Of a stretch of DNA of 64,000 nucleotides, positions 18,741 through 31,518 are shown piece by piece; within the stretch, counting starts at the first letter, position 1, and the number at the start of each line of letters is the position of its first letter. A model generated the notes under the pieces. That model was not told the DNA's origin, did not search any database, and saw only the letters and a list, made by a program, of their open reading frames with translations. The stretch is from Myxococcales bacterium. GTDB lineage: Bacteria; Myxococcota; Myxococcia; Myxococcales; Anaeromyxobacteraceae. Where the stretch lies: the NCBI GenBank assembly GCA_038320275.1, contig JBBQEB010000003.1:11610-75609 (forward strand). The letters are read 5' to 3'. Position numbers and translations under genes: made by a program.

Positions 18741-20528
18741 TCAGGCGCCGACCGCGCCGTCCACCTTCTTCAGCAGCGTCTGGCGCTGTGCCTCGAGCGC
18801 CTTGGGCATGGTCTTGCCCAGCTTCTCGAACCACTCCGCCTGGGACTCGAGCTCGTGCTTCCACTCCTTCATGTCAATCTGGGTGGCGGCGGCGACGTCC
18901 GCGCCCTCGAGGCCGCGCACGTCGAGGTCCTTCTCGCCCGGCGTGAACCCGAGCACAGTCTCCTTCGCGCCGGCCTTCCCGGTGCAGCGGCCGAGCATCC
19001 ACTGCAGCACGCGCATGTTCTCGCCGTAGCCCGGCCAGAGGAACTTGCCGTCGGCGTTCTTCCGGAACCAGTTCACGAGGAAGATCTTGGGCGGCTTCGG
19101 GATCTTGCTCTCCATCTCGAGCCAGTGGCCGAGATAGCTGCCCATGTCGTACCCACAGAAGGGCAGCATGGCCATCGGGTCGCGGCGCACCACGCCCACC
19201 GCGCCCGTCGCGGCGGCGGTGGTCTCCGAGCCCATGGTGGCGCCCAGGTAGACGCCGTGCGTCCAGTCGAACGACTGGAGCACGAGCGGCACCGTGGTGG
19301 AGCGGCGGCCGCCGAAGATGATGGCGCTGATGGGAACGCCCTTGGGGTCATCTGCGAAGCGCGACAGCGCAGGGTTGTTCTGCATGGGCGCGGTGAAGCG
19401 GCTGTTCGGGTGAGCAGCCTTCTCCGTGGAGCCCTTCTTCCAGGGCCTGCCCTGCCAGTCGATGAGCTCGGCGGGGGGCTCCGTGTCCATGCCCTCCCAC
19501 CAGACGTCGCCGTCCGGGGTGCGCGCCACGTTCGTGTAGAGCGTGTCCTTGCGGATCGAGTCCATCGCGTTGGGGTTCGTCTTCCGGTTCGTCCCGGGCG
19601 CGACGCCGAAGTAGCCGAACTCGGGGTTCACCGCCCAGAGCCGGCCGTCCTCGCCCACGCGCATCCAGGCGATGTCGTCGCCCACCGTGCGGATCTTCCA
19701 GCCGCCCAGCTCCTTGGGCGGGATCATCATGGCGAAGTTGGTCTTGCCGCAGGCAGACGGGAACGCGCCCGCCACGTAGTGCAGCTCGCCCTCCGGGCTC
19801 TCCGCCTCGAGGATGAGCATGTGCTCCGCGAGCCAGCCCTCGTTCCTGGCGAGGTAGGAGGCGATGCGGAGCGCGAGGCACTTCTTGCCGAGGAGGGCGT
19901 TGCCGCCGTAGCCCGAGCCCACCGACCAGATGGTGTTGTCCTGAGGGAAGTGGCAGATGAAGCGGCGCTCGGGGTTGCAGTCCGCCACCGAGTGGAGGCC
20001 CTTGTTGAAGTCGTTCCGGTCGCCCAGGCGATCGAGCGCGATCTTCCCCATGCGCGTCATGATCCCCATGTTGATGGCCACGTACACGGAGTCGGTGATC
20101 TCGATGCCGACCTTGGAGGCGGGCGAGCCAGCCGGGCCCATGACGTAAGGGATGACGTACATCGTGCGGCCCTTCATGGCGCCGTCGTAGATGGCGGCGA
20201 GCTTCGCGTACGCATCCTTGGGCGCCATCCAGTTGTTCGTCGGCCCCGCTTCCTCCTTGGTGGGCGTGCAGATGAAGGTGAGATGCTCCACGCGCGCCAC
20301 GTCGCTCGGATTCGAGTGGTGGAAGTAGCAGCCCGGCAGCTTCTGCTGATCGAGAGGGATGAGCGACTTCGACGACACCGCCTCCTCGATGAGCCGCTTC
20401 TTCTCCTCCGCCGAGCCGTCGCACCAGTAGACGCGGTCGGGCTTGAGCATCTTCGCGCTCTCATCTACCCAGGCGCGCAGGTACGGGTTGGTCGTGGGCG
20501 ACGAATTCACCTCAGCGGGCGCTCGCAT
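18741..20528 (-). CDS. pckG: Phosphoenolpyruvate carboxykinase (GTP)
   Basis: SGYGGNALLGKKC, FPSACGKTN, VGDDIAW, HPNSRF, DPMAMLPFCGY, WPGYGEN. Confidence 0.96.
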   Translation of the reverse strand: MRAPAEVNSSPTTNPYLRAWVDESAKMLKPDRVYWCDGSAEEKKRLIEEAVSSKSLIPLDQQKLPGCYFHHSNPSDVARVEHLTFICTPTKEEAGPTNNWMAPKDAYAKLAAIYDGAMKGRTMYVIPYVMGPAGSPASKVGIEITDSVYVAINMGIMTRMGKIALDRLGDRNDFNKGLHSVADCNPERRFICHFPQDNTIWSVGSGYGGNALLGKKCLALRIASYLARNEGWLAEHMLILEAESPEGELHYVAGAFPSACGKTNFAMMIPPKELGGWKIRTVGDDIAWMRVGEDGRLWAVNPEFGYFGVAPGTNRKTNPNAMDSIRKDTLYTNVARTPDGDVWWEGMDTEPPAELIDWQGRPWKKGSTEKAAHPNSRFTAPMQNNPALSRFADDPKGVPISAIIFGGRRSTTVPLVLQSFDWTHGVYLGATMGSETTAAATGAVGVVRRDPMAMLPFCGYDMGSYLGHWLEMESKIPKPPKIFLVNWFRKNADGKFLWPGYGENMRVLQWMLGRCTGKAGAKETVLGFTPGEKDLDVRGLEGADVAAATQIDMKEWKHELESQAEWFEKLGKTMPKALEAQRQTLLKKVDGAVGA

Positions 20529-20682
20529 GCGGATACCTCGAAAGGAAGAAGGTGGGGTTGGAAGGTTAGCGGAGCGGCGTGGGTCGCGCCACGGGGGACG
20601 AGTTGTCACAGCCCCTGTCGGAGCCCGCTGGAGAACGAGGTCGAGCGGGCCGCTCACGCCCGCACGCCCTATCTTTCCGGGC

Positions 20683-22350
20683 ATGAACCGCAACGTGCAC
20701 GGCCCCCGCATCGACAAGGACGGAACCACGTTTTCACTGTGGGCCCCGAAGCTGACGGGCTTGCGCTTGCGGGTGAACGATCGGGAGTTCCCACTCGCGA
20801 GAGAGGGCGGCTGGTGGTCGGCGACCGTCCCTGGGGCGGGCCCGGGCGACCGCTATGCGTTCCTCCTGCCGGACGGCCGGGCGCTCCCAGACCCCGCCTC
20901 GCGGCGCCAGCCTGAAGGCGTACACGGTCCGTCCGAGCTGTGGGATCCGTCGCGACACCGATGGCAGCACGCGTTCTCGGGCCTGCCGCTCGAGGAGCTC
21001 GTGCTCTACGAGCTGCACGTCGGCACCTTCACCGCGAAGGGCACGCTCGACGCGGCTGCCGCCCGGCTCTCCGACCTCGCCGATCTCGGTGTCACCTGCG
21101 TGGAGCTCCTTCCCGTCCAGCCGTTCCCGGGCACGCGAAACTGGGGCTACGACGGCGTCGCCCTGCACGGCGTCCAGGAGTCCTACGGTGGTCCGGAGGC
21201 GCTGCAGTGCTTCGTCGACGCCGCCCACGCGCACGGCCTCGCCGTGTGCCTCGACGTCGTCTACAACCACCTCGGACCGGAGGGAAACTACCTGCCGGTG
21301 TGGGGTCCGTACTTCACCGACCGTCATCGGTCGCCCTGGGGCGACGGCGTGAACTACGACGGCGAGGACGCTCGGCCGGTGCGGGACTTCGCGATCCAGG
21401 CGGCGCTCTCCTGGGCGCGCGACTTCAGGGTCGACGCGCTCCGACTCGACGCGGTCCACGCCATCCCGGACGACAGCCCCCGTCACCTGGTGGGCGAGCT
21501 CTGCGACGCGGTGCGCGACTTCGCCCACGAGAGCGGCCGGCAGATCCACGTGATCGCCGAGAGCGACCTCGAGGACCGCAAGGTGGTCGATCCGCCGCCT
21601 GGTGGCTGGGGCTGCTCGGCCATGTGGGCTGACGATTTCCACCACGCCGTGCATGCGCTCCTCACCGGCGAGCGCCGGTCGTTCTACGAGGACTTCGACG
21701 GCGGGGTCCCCCAACTCGCGAAGGCGCTTGCGGAGGGCTTCGTGTTCCACGGTGAGCGGTCGCGCTTCCGCAAGATGCCGTGGGGCACGGGCACGCAGGG
21801 GCTCGCGCCGGCGCGATTCGTATTCTGTGTCCAGAACCACGACCAGGTGGGCAACCGTCCGGCCGGAGAGCGAATCCCGTCCATCGTCCCGCCGGAGGCC
21901 CTCTTTCCCATCGGGACGCTGGTGGTGCTCGGCTCGGGGCTGCCGCTGCTCTTCATGGGGGAGGAATACGGGGAGACGAATCCCTTCCTGTATTTCACAG
22001 GTCACGGCGACCCGGAGCTGGCGAAGGCGGTCAGCGAGGGCCGGAAGGCGGAGTACATCGCCGACGCCGGGCCCCAGGGCGTGCCCGATCCGCAGGAGGA
22101 GTCGACCTTCCGCCGGTCCGTGCTGACGCACGCGCGCGATGGCGCGCACGGGGCCCTGTGGCGGCATTACCGCGACATGCTCCACCTCCGGCGAAAGCAC
22201 GCGCGCACGATCGGAAAGGTCTGGCCCGAGGTGACGGTCCTGGGCACCTCGCTCGCCATGAAGCGGCCGGGGCTCGAGGTGGCGGTGAACCTCGGCAAGG
22301 AGCCCGCGGGCGGGCTCCCGGCGTGGGGCTGGCGGGTGAAGGAAGGCTGA
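20683..22350 (+). CDS. treZ: Malto-oligosyltrehalose trehalohydrolase (GH13)
   Basis: DPASRRQPEGVHGPS, YELHVGTFT, RNWGYDGV, DVVYNHLGPEGNYL, RLDAVH, QNHDQVGNR. Confidence 0.92.
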   Translation: MNRNVHGPRIDKDGTTFSLWAPKLTGLRLRVNDREFPLAREGGWWSATVPGAGPGDRYAFLLPDGRALPDPASRRQPEGVHGPSELWDPSRHRWQHAFSGLPLEELVLYELHVGTFTAKGTLDAAAARLSDLADLGVTCVELLPVQPFPGTRNWGYDGVALHGVQESYGGPEALQCFVDAAHAHGLAVCLDVVYNHLGPEGNYLPVWGPYFTDRHRSPWGDGVNYDGEDARPVRDFAIQAALSWARDFRVDALRLDAVHAIPDDSPRHLVGELCDAVRDFAHESGRQIHVIAESDLEDRKVVDPPPGGWGCSAMWADDFHHAVHALLTGERRSFYEDFDGGVPQLAKALAEGFVFHGERSRFRKMPWGTGTQGLAPARFVFCVQNHDQVGNRPAGERIPSIVPPEALFPIGTLVVLGSGLPLLFMGEEYGETNPFLYFTGHGDPELAKAVSEGRKAEYIADAGPQGVPDPQEESTFRRSVLTHARDGAHGALWRHYRDMLHLRRKHARTIGKVWPEVTVLGTSLAMKRPGLEVAVNLGKEPAGGLPAWGWRVKEG

Positions 22351-22366
22351 CCGGAGCGGCGGTCCG

Positions 22367-23992
22367 TCAGCCCTCCCCGCCTTCGAGCTTGCGGCGCAGG
22401 AGATCTCCCAGCGTCCCGAACCCCTTGCCCTTTCCCTGGGGAGCGCTCTTGCGCATGTACTCCTGGGCGTCGGCGCGCTCGGCGGCCTGCTCGGCTCCCG
22501 TCTTCGAGAGCCGGATCCGGCCCAGCTCGTCGATGGCCGACACGAGGCAGGTGACCTCGTCGCCGGGCTTGAAGGTCCGGCGCAGGTCGGCGCCGCGCGG
22601 CGTGCCGCTCTCGCTCGCCGGGACGAGCCCTCGTCCTCCGGCGAAGCGCACGAAGATCCCGAACGTTTCCACCTTGTCGACGCTCGCCTTCACCACGTCG
22701 CCCACGCGCGGGGGCGGCGGGGGAGCAGTGGGCACCGGCCGCGGCGTGCCGGTCGCGTCCGCGGCGCCGGCTGCGGGCGCCACCGGCTCGGGCCGCGGCG
22801 TCAGGGTCTTCACGGAGAGGGCGATGCGCTGGCCCTTCTTCGAGTCCTCGTCGATGCGGAGGACCTGGACCTTCACCGCGTCGCCGGCCTTCAGCAGATC
22901 GCCCGGCTTGGAGACGCGGTCCCACGCCAGCTCGGAGACGTGCACCAGCCCCTCGATGCCGCCGATGTCGACGAACGCGCCGTAGTCCGGCACGCTCGAC
23001 ACCACCCCGTCGAAGGTGGAGCCCTCGGCGAGCGCCTCCCGCGTCTTCCGCGCGCGCTCCGTCCGCTCCTCCTCCAGGAGCGCGCGCCGCGACAGCACCG
23101 CGTCGCGCCCGTCGGTGCGCTGCACCTTGAACTGGAGCTTCTGACCCACGAACGCGCTGGCGTCGCCGACGAAACGGACGTCAATCTGGGAGATGGGGCA
23201 GAAGGCGCGCTGGCCCATCACCTCCACCTCGAGGCCGCCCTTGTTGACGGCCTTCACAACCCCCTCCACCGGAAGCCCAGCCTCCGCGGCCTGCACGAGC
23301 GCCTCGCGATCGCGGTGGGACTTCGAGGCGCCGCGGCCCTTCGACACGAGGACGCCGCGATCGCCGCCCTTCACCACCACGCCGTCGATGATGTCGCCCA
23401 CCCGGGCGTGCACCTCGCCAGCGTCGTCCTGGAGCTCGAGGAGCTCGATCATCCCCTCCGCGGTGCCCGAGCCGAGCTCGAGGAAGGCGACGTCGTGGCC
23501 GATCTGCAGGATCTTGCCGGCGACCTTGTCGCCCACCTTGAACCGCTGGCGCTCCGCGCCTCCCGTCCCTGCCAGGAGGTCGGCGAACGAGCCCTCTTCC
23601 GGAACGGGTGCTTCGAGCGCCGGCGGCGGCGCGCCCGCGGGCTGCGGCCCTGCGTCGGGAGGGCTGGCCTCGCGCGGGCCCCGCTCACCGCGATCGTCTC
23701 GCCGGAGGGGACGGTCTCCCGAGGGCCGGTCGCGGCCGCGCCCACCACCGCCGGCTCCGAAGCCTCCCGGCCCGCGCGGGGGCGGTCGGCCGCCGCCGGG
23801 ACGCGCGCCGCCCGGTCCGGGCGCTCCTCCGCCGAGGCCACGCTCGTCGGCGACGCGCTGCCAGAGGGGCCGGGTGTCGCGCGGGGCGACAGGCGGCTTC
23901 GCCTCGGCCTCCGGGGCGGGGGACAGCGGCGTCACCTGGCCCTTGTGGATGACGATGGGGCCTTCGGATCCAGGCTTCTTCTCTTCGGACAT
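22367..23992 (-). CDS. Multi-S1-domain RNA-binding protein (RpsA paralogue) with Pro/Gly/Arg-rich N-terminus
   Basis: About four S1 repeats (AFCPISQID, YGAFVDIGGIEGLVHVSEL), C-terminal FGTLGDLLR. Confidence 0.85.
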   Translation of the reverse strand: MSEEKKPGSEGPIVIHKGQVTPLSPAPEAEAKPPVAPRDTRPLWQRVADERGLGGGAPGPGGARPGGGRPPPRGPGGFGAGGGGRGRDRPSGDRPLRRDDRGERGPREASPPDAGPQPAGAPPPALEAPVPEEGSFADLLAGTGGAERQRFKVGDKVAGKILQIGHDVAFLELGSGTAEGMIELLELQDDAGEVHARVGDIIDGVVVKGGDRGVLVSKGRGASKSHRDREALVQAAEAGLPVEGVVKAVNKGGLEVEVMGQRAFCPISQIDVRFVGDASAFVGQKLQFKVQRTDGRDAVLSRRALLEEERTERARKTREALAEGSTFDGVVSSVPDYGAFVDIGGIEGLVHVSELAWDRVSKPGDLLKAGDAVKVQVLRIDEDSKKGQRIALSVKTLTPRPEPVAPAAGAADATGTPRPVPTAPPPPPRVGDVVKASVDKVETFGIFVRFAGGRGLVPASESGTPRGADLRRTFKPGDEVTCLVSAIDELGRIRLSKTGAEQAAERADAQEYMRKSAPQGKGKGFGTLGDLLRRKLEGGEG

Positions 23993-24082
23993 GAGGGCGC
24001 GGTTTATACCAGAGGCAGCGTGGACGGGCGACGCCCGCGCGCCCGCCGCCTGGAGGGGGGGGCCAAGAGGGGGAGGCGAGTC

Positions 24083-24427
24083 ATGGCCGGTCGGGTGGTG
24101 ATCTTCGTCACGGGCGGCGCCCCCGCCGCTCTCGCGCTCGCGGGATCGTGCGCGGCGACGGCTGCGTCGCTGGGCGATCGGGTGGACGTCTTTCTCTTCG
24201 GCACCGCGGTCCGCGCACTGGTGGACGCGCACGGCGATCCGGAAGGTCCGGGCGCGCTGTTGCGTGACGTCCGGAAGAGCGGGGGATGCCGGCTGCTCGG
24301 CTGCAGCGCGAGCGTGGTGGAGGACAAGGTGCCGCTCGCCGCAGCGGAGGTGGCCCTCGATGCGGTGGTGGGGTGGCCGACGGTGGTCGAGTGGAGCCGA
24401 GGGGTGGTAGACCGATTCTTTTTCTAG
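24083..24427 (+). CDS. DsrE/DsrF-like small protein
   Basis: AATAASLGDRVDVFLF...LLGCSAS...VVGW pattern. Confidence 0.65.
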   Translation: MAGRVVIFVTGGAPAALALAGSCAATAASLGDRVDVFLFGTAVRALVDAHGDPEGPGALLRDVRKSGGCRLLGCSASVVEDKVPLAAAEVALDAVVGWPTVVEWSRGVVDRFFF

Positions 24428-24497
24428 GCGTCTCGCGCCGCGCGGGAAGAGCCGCGCGCCGGCGGCCGTTCACGAGGCGCCCTTCTCACGGTGGTCC

Positions 24498-25733
24498 ATG
24501 GTCAACCTGTCGATCGATCCCCCTCCCTTTTCCGGGCGAAGCCGCGGGGGCGAGGGCTCCGGCGCACTGCGCAGCCTCGTCATCCTGGTGGTGACGCTCC
24601 TCATCGGAGGCGCGGGTGGCTTCATCCTGGGCCGAAAGACGGCTCATGGGCCGGACGGCTCCCGGCCGGCCGAAGTCGCCCGGGCGCCGGGCGGGGAACG
24701 GACCGCGGCTGCGCCGTCCCCCTCTTCCCTGTCGTCGTCCGCCCCGGCGGGCAGGGGGACCACGGGCGCGCCGGACCAGGCCTCGCAGAACGACGTCCCG
24801 GGCAGTTCCGGCGCCGCGCATGGCTCTGTCGCCGGTGGCATGGCTGCCCAGCCCCCCGCCTCCGCGACGCCGCCGGGCGCGCCGCAAGGCCCGCTCGTCC
24901 GACGCATCGCCGTCGTGCTTCGCGGCCCGCTGGAGGAGAGCGTCAACGCGGCGCTGTCGCCCGCTGAAAGGTCCTGGGGGCCCCAGCTCACGCAGGTGAT
25001 GAACCGCATCCTCGTCTGGAACATGCAGATCGGCCGCGACGCGAGAAAGGGCGACCGGCTGGAGGTTCTCTACGAGCTCCCCACCGCCCGTCCGTCCGAG
25101 GTGCAAACCTTCGGGGAGTCCGGCCCCTCCACCAAGGAGCCCATTCTCCTCGCGCTCCGCTACGGCTCTCAGAAGCTCGGCAAGCTCCTCACCGCCTACC
25201 GCTTCAAACCGGAGGGCGCCCCCTTCGCCCGCTACTACACGGCGGAGGGGAACGAGGTGGAGGAGCACCTGGTCGACAGCCCCATCGAAGGCTACGAGCA
25301 GATCACCTCGCTCCTGCGTGACGGCCGCAAGCACAAGGGCGTGGACTTCAAGACCCCGGTGGGCACCGCCGTGAAATCGCCCTTCGACGGTCAGATCACG
25401 CGCCGGAACTGGCACTTCTCCGCGAACGGAAATTGCATCGAGGTGGCGGACGCGAGGACCGGCCGGCGCGCAATCTTCCTCCATCTGGAGGCGGCGCCGA
25501 AGGAGATGCAGCCTGGGCGCAAGGTGCGGAAGGGCGAGGTGATCGCCAAGTCGGGGAACAGCGGGCACTCCACCGCGCCGCATCTGCACTACCAGCTCGA
25601 GGAGGCCGGCGGAAAGGTCCTCGATCCTTTCGCCGTGCTCCCCACGAACCGACTGTCGCTGGAGGGCAAGGCGAAGAGCGCGTTCGAGGAGGAGAGGAAG
25701 CGGCTCGATCCGATGCTCGTCGCGGGGCGGTGA
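24498..25733 (+). CDS. M23 family metallopeptidase (peptidoglycan endopeptidase), membrane-anchored
   Basis: N-terminal TM; HKGVDF (HxxxD), SGNSGHSTAPHLHY (HxH). Confidence 0.9.
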   Translation: MVNLSIDPPPFSGRSRGGEGSGALRSLVILVVTLLIGGAGGFILGRKTAHGPDGSRPAEVARAPGGERTAAAPSPSSLSSSAPAGRGTTGAPDQASQNDVPGSSGAAHGSVAGGMAAQPPASATPPGAPQGPLVRRIAVVLRGPLEESVNAALSPAERSWGPQLTQVMNRILVWNMQIGRDARKGDRLEVLYELPTARPSEVQTFGESGPSTKEPILLALRYGSQKLGKLLTAYRFKPEGAPFARYYTAEGNEVEEHLVDSPIEGYEQITSLLRDGRKHKGVDFKTPVGTAVKSPFDGQITRRNWHFSANGNCIEVADARTGRRAIFLHLEAAPKEMQPGRKVRKGEVIAKSGNSGHSTAPHLHYQLEEAGGKVLDPFAVLPTNRLSLEGKAKSAFEEERKRLDPMLVAGR

Positions 25734-25834
25734 AGCGGCGGCCCCGCGCGTTCGCGGGTGGCTGCGCGTCGTCGCGCGAACGGCGCGAGCCGACCGCCCG
25801 GATGCCGGGGTCTGACGTCGCGCCCTCGCGCGTG

Positions 25835-25874
25835 ACCGAAACGAAACGAGCCGCCCATCGCGGGGCGGCTCGTT
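25835..25874 (-). terminator. Intrinsic terminator downstream of citrate synthase
   Basis: AACGAGCCGCCC / GGGCGGCTCGTT hairpin (25845-25874) with T-rich tail on the minus strand. Confidence 0.7.
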
Positions 25875-25897
25875 CACTTCACTTCACTTCACTTCAC
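25873..25897. repeat. (TTCAC)x5 microsatellite
   Basis: Read directly. Confidence 0.9.
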
Positions 25898-25913
25898 GTC
25901 GCGGCGGGGCAGG

Positions 25914-27251
25914 CTACATCTTCCTCCCACCCGCGGCGGCCCACTCCTCCAGCATGGCCGTGGTGACCGACTTCGGGCGCTCGAGCGCGAAGCCCAGGGC
26001 GCGATCCCACACGATGTTCGCGAGCACGCCCAGGGCGCGGCCGACGCCGAACAGGACGGTGTAGAAGTCCCACTCGCGGACGCCGTAGTGCCACTGGATG
26101 ACGCCCGAGTGCGCGTCGACGTTGGGCCATGGGTTCTTCGTCTTGCCGTGCTCGGTGAGGACGCCCGGCGCGACCTTGTAGATCATGTTCACGAGCTTGA
26201 AGAGAGGATCGTCGGGCAGGTGCTTCTGGGCGTACTCGTTCTGGGCCGTGAAGCGGGGGTCCGTCTTGCGCAGCACCGCGTGCCCGTAGCCCGGCACCAC
26301 CTGGCCCGCCTTCAGCGTGTCCCAGAGGAACGCCTTCAGCTCCTCCTCGGAGGGGATCTTCCCACCGAGCTTCTTCATGACGTTCTGGATCCAGCTCAGC
26401 ACCTCCTGGTTGGCCAGACCGTGGAGCGGTCCCGCGAGGCCGTTGAGCCCCGCCGAGAAGGAGTAGTACGCGTCGGAGAGCGCCGAGGCCACGAGGTGCG
26501 TGGCGTGCGCCGACACGTTGCCCGACTCGTGGTCCGAGTGGAGGATGAAGTACATGCGGGCGAGGTCGTCATACGGCGAGGCGACGCCCATCATGTGCGC
26601 GAAGTTGCCGCCCCAATCGAGATTGGCGTCCGGCTCGATGTGCACGTCGCCCTTGTACTTCATGCGGTAGATGTAGGCGGCGACGACCGGCAGCTTCGCC
26701 AGCAGGTTCATCGCGTCCTCGTACATGGGGTCCCAGTAGTCGGTCTTCTTCATCCCCTCCGCGTACCGCTTTGCGAAGACCGACTCGCGCTGCATGGCCA
26801 GCACGGCCGTGGAGAACATGGTCATGGGATGCGTGTCGCGCGGGAGCGCGCGCAGCATGTCATGGACGTATCTCGGGACCGTCGATCGGGACCGCCAGTC
26901 CTGGATCACCTCCTGCGTGTCGGCGTCGGTGGGGATGTCGCCGGTGAGCAGGAAGTAGAAGAAGGACTCGACGGCGGGCTGCTCCGCCTTCCCGATGCGG
27001 GGCAGGGCGGCGAACGTCTCGGGGATGGTCTTCCCGCGGAAGCGGATGCCTTCCTGGGGATCGAGATACGAGATGTCGGTGACGAGGCAGTGGACGTCGC
27101 GCGCGCCGCCGAGCGCCTGGCCGATGTTGACCTGGTCGATGACGACATCCGCGAAGTCCTTGTTCAGCTTCGCGATGCGCGGGCGGAATGCCTCGATCTT
27201 CTCGAACAGCTTGGACTTGAGGGCAGTGGTCCTCGGCTTCGCGTCGGCCAT
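25914..27251 (-). CDS. gltA: Citrate (Si)-synthase, eukaryote-like type
   Basis: EGIRFRG, HSDHESGNVSAH, GLAGPLHGLANQEVL, PGYGHAVLRKTDPRF, KNPWPNVDAHSG, ERPKS. Confidence 0.95.
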   Translation of the reverse strand: MADAKPRTTALKSKLFEKIEAFRPRIAKLNKDFADVVIDQVNIGQALGGARDVHCLVTDISYLDPQEGIRFRGKTIPETFAALPRIGKAEQPAVESFFYFLLTGDIPTDADTQEVIQDWRSRSTVPRYVHDMLRALPRDTHPMTMFSTAVLAMQRESVFAKRYAEGMKKTDYWDPMYEDAMNLLAKLPVVAAYIYRMKYKGDVHIEPDANLDWGGNFAHMMGVASPYDDLARMYFILHSDHESGNVSAHATHLVASALSDAYYSFSAGLNGLAGPLHGLANQEVLSWIQNVMKKLGGKIPSEEELKAFLWDTLKAGQVVPGYGHAVLRKTDPRFTAQNEYAQKHLPDDPLFKLVNMIYKVAPGVLTEHGKTKNPWPNVDAHSGVIQWHYGVREWDFYTVLFGVGRALGVLANIVWDRALGFALERPKSVTTAMLEEWAAAGGRKM

Positions 27252-27403
27252 GCAGACACCCGGAGCTACGAAAGGGGGAAAATGCGAGCGCAGCGGTGGA
27301 ACCGGAAGGCGAAATCCTACCTGTGCCCATCGTCCAAAGGCAATCGCGCCACACCACCCAGAGTGGGGGCTGTGGCCGGGCCTTCACGCACCTGCTGCGA
27401 GGC

Positions 27404-27850
27404 TCAGCGCCGTCCTCCGTGCAGCGCCGCAACCACCTGGGCGGCGAGGATGCCCGGATCCAGCACCGGCTCCGGGCGGAGGATCTCTTCCGGGGCGGGC
27501 GCTCCCGGGACCTTTGCCGGGCGCCGCTTGGGGTTGCGTGCGCTCGCGCCGGCGCGGCAGGTGCGACACCACGGCTGGTTGCGGATGGCGCCGTCGGCCA
27601 TCTTGCGCAGGCCAAAAAGCGAGAGCGGCTGCACCTTGCGGCACTTGAGGCAGAGCAAGGTGATGAACACCTCGTTGCCCTCGCAGTCGAATACAGTCGA
27701 TCGGCGGCGCCTGGGCCGAGGCTGACGCAGCGTGCGCGGTGGACCGGCCCCCTGGGGACTGGGGCTGTGAGAGGCTGAGGGGACTGCCGGCTCCGGAGAC
27801 GGCGCAGCGGGGCGCGCCAGAGCGGTGGCGAGCATGAGCTTCCTGGCCAT
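27404..27850 (-). CDS. Small basic hypothetical protein with putative C4 zinc finger
   Basis: CLKC...CRTC with core FGLRKMADGAIRNQPWC; GAGG upstream of ATG. Confidence 0.7.
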   Translation of the reverse strand: MARKLMLATALARPAAPSPEPAVPSASHSPSPQGAGPPRTLRQPRPRRRRSTVFDCEGNEVFITLLCLKCRKVQPLSLFGLRKMADGAIRNQPWCRTCRAGASARNPKRRPAKVPGAPAPEEILRPEPVLDPGILAAQVVAALHGGRR

Positions 27851-28049
27851 GTGTTCACGTACCTCGCGTGAGGTGGCTCCGGCGAGGAGCCGCCGGAGGA
27901 AGAACGGTAGCGGGGAGGTCTGACAGCGCTTCCCGCCGGCCTCGGCCGCCGTTTCGCCGCCGCAAACGGGACGCCGTTCTTCCGCCGCTCCGCCGGGATG
28001 CGCCACCACCGCTGGCCATCCCGGCCGGCGCCCCGCGATCAGGCCCCGC

Positions 28050-30914
<2,865 letters not shown>

Positions 30915-31065
30915 GGGTGGCCTCCGGGCGCATGTATGTACGTCACTGCGGGGGACGCGCAAGCGACAGGACGGGGGCCGCGCGACCGTGCCGCGGGGCT
31001 CGGTCCGGGGGGCGGCGGCCCGCCTTCACACAGCGCCCCCACAGGGCCAGGATCGGCTCGTGCCC

Positions 31066-31518
31066 ATGATCAGCCGCGAGGATCTGGTGGAGCGACTCGC
31101 GCAAGCGCTCTCCCGGCGCCCCGAGATCCTCGAGGCCTACCTCTTCGGCTCGCAGGCTCGCAGGCTCGCAGGCTCGCAGGCGCGCGGGGACGCCCAGCCG
31201 CACAGCGACGTGGACGTGGCCGTCTACCTCGACGTCACGCGGGTCCTCGAGGCGCTTTTCGGCGAGGACGCGTCCGTCGCGGCGGACCTCATGAAGGCGC
31301 TCGGTCGCAACGACGTGGACGTGGTCGTGCTGAACCGCGCCCCGCCGCTGCTCTACCACCGCGTGCTCCGCGACGGGGTGCGGCTCTTCTCGCAGGACCT
31401 CGCCGCCACCAAGCGGCGCGAGGGGCAGGCGCCGTCGAGGTGGTGCGACTGGGTGCCGCAGCAGGAGAAGATCGATCGCGCGCTGGGGTTCACGACGGGG
31501 CGGGACGGGCTCAGATGA
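31066..31518 (+). CDS. mntA: MntA-type minimal nucleotidyltransferase antitoxin (type VII TA)
   Basis: AYLFGS..RG....SDVDVAV, VDVVVLNRAPPLL; overlaps downstream HEPN gene (ATGA). Confidence 0.85.
   Translation: MISREDLVERLAQALSRRPEILEAYLFGSQARRLAGSQARGDAQPHSDVDVAVYLDVTRVLEALFGEDASVAADLMKALGRNDVDVVVLNRAPPLLYHRVLRDGVRLFSQDLAATKRREGQAPSRWCDWVPQQEKIDRALGFTTGRDGLR
31147..31181 (+). repeat. 8-bp tandem repeat GGCTCGCA x4 inside mntA
   Basis: Four perfect units at 31147-31178 plus a partial GGC. Confidence 0.95.

Noticed and set aside
20683..22350. Complete TreY/TreZ trehalose operon
   Set aside because: Only treZ is present; no treY or glgX in the window
25873..25897. (TTCAC)5 as a phase-variation switch
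   Set aside because: It lies in a 3' UTR beside a terminator, with no reading frame or promoter to affect
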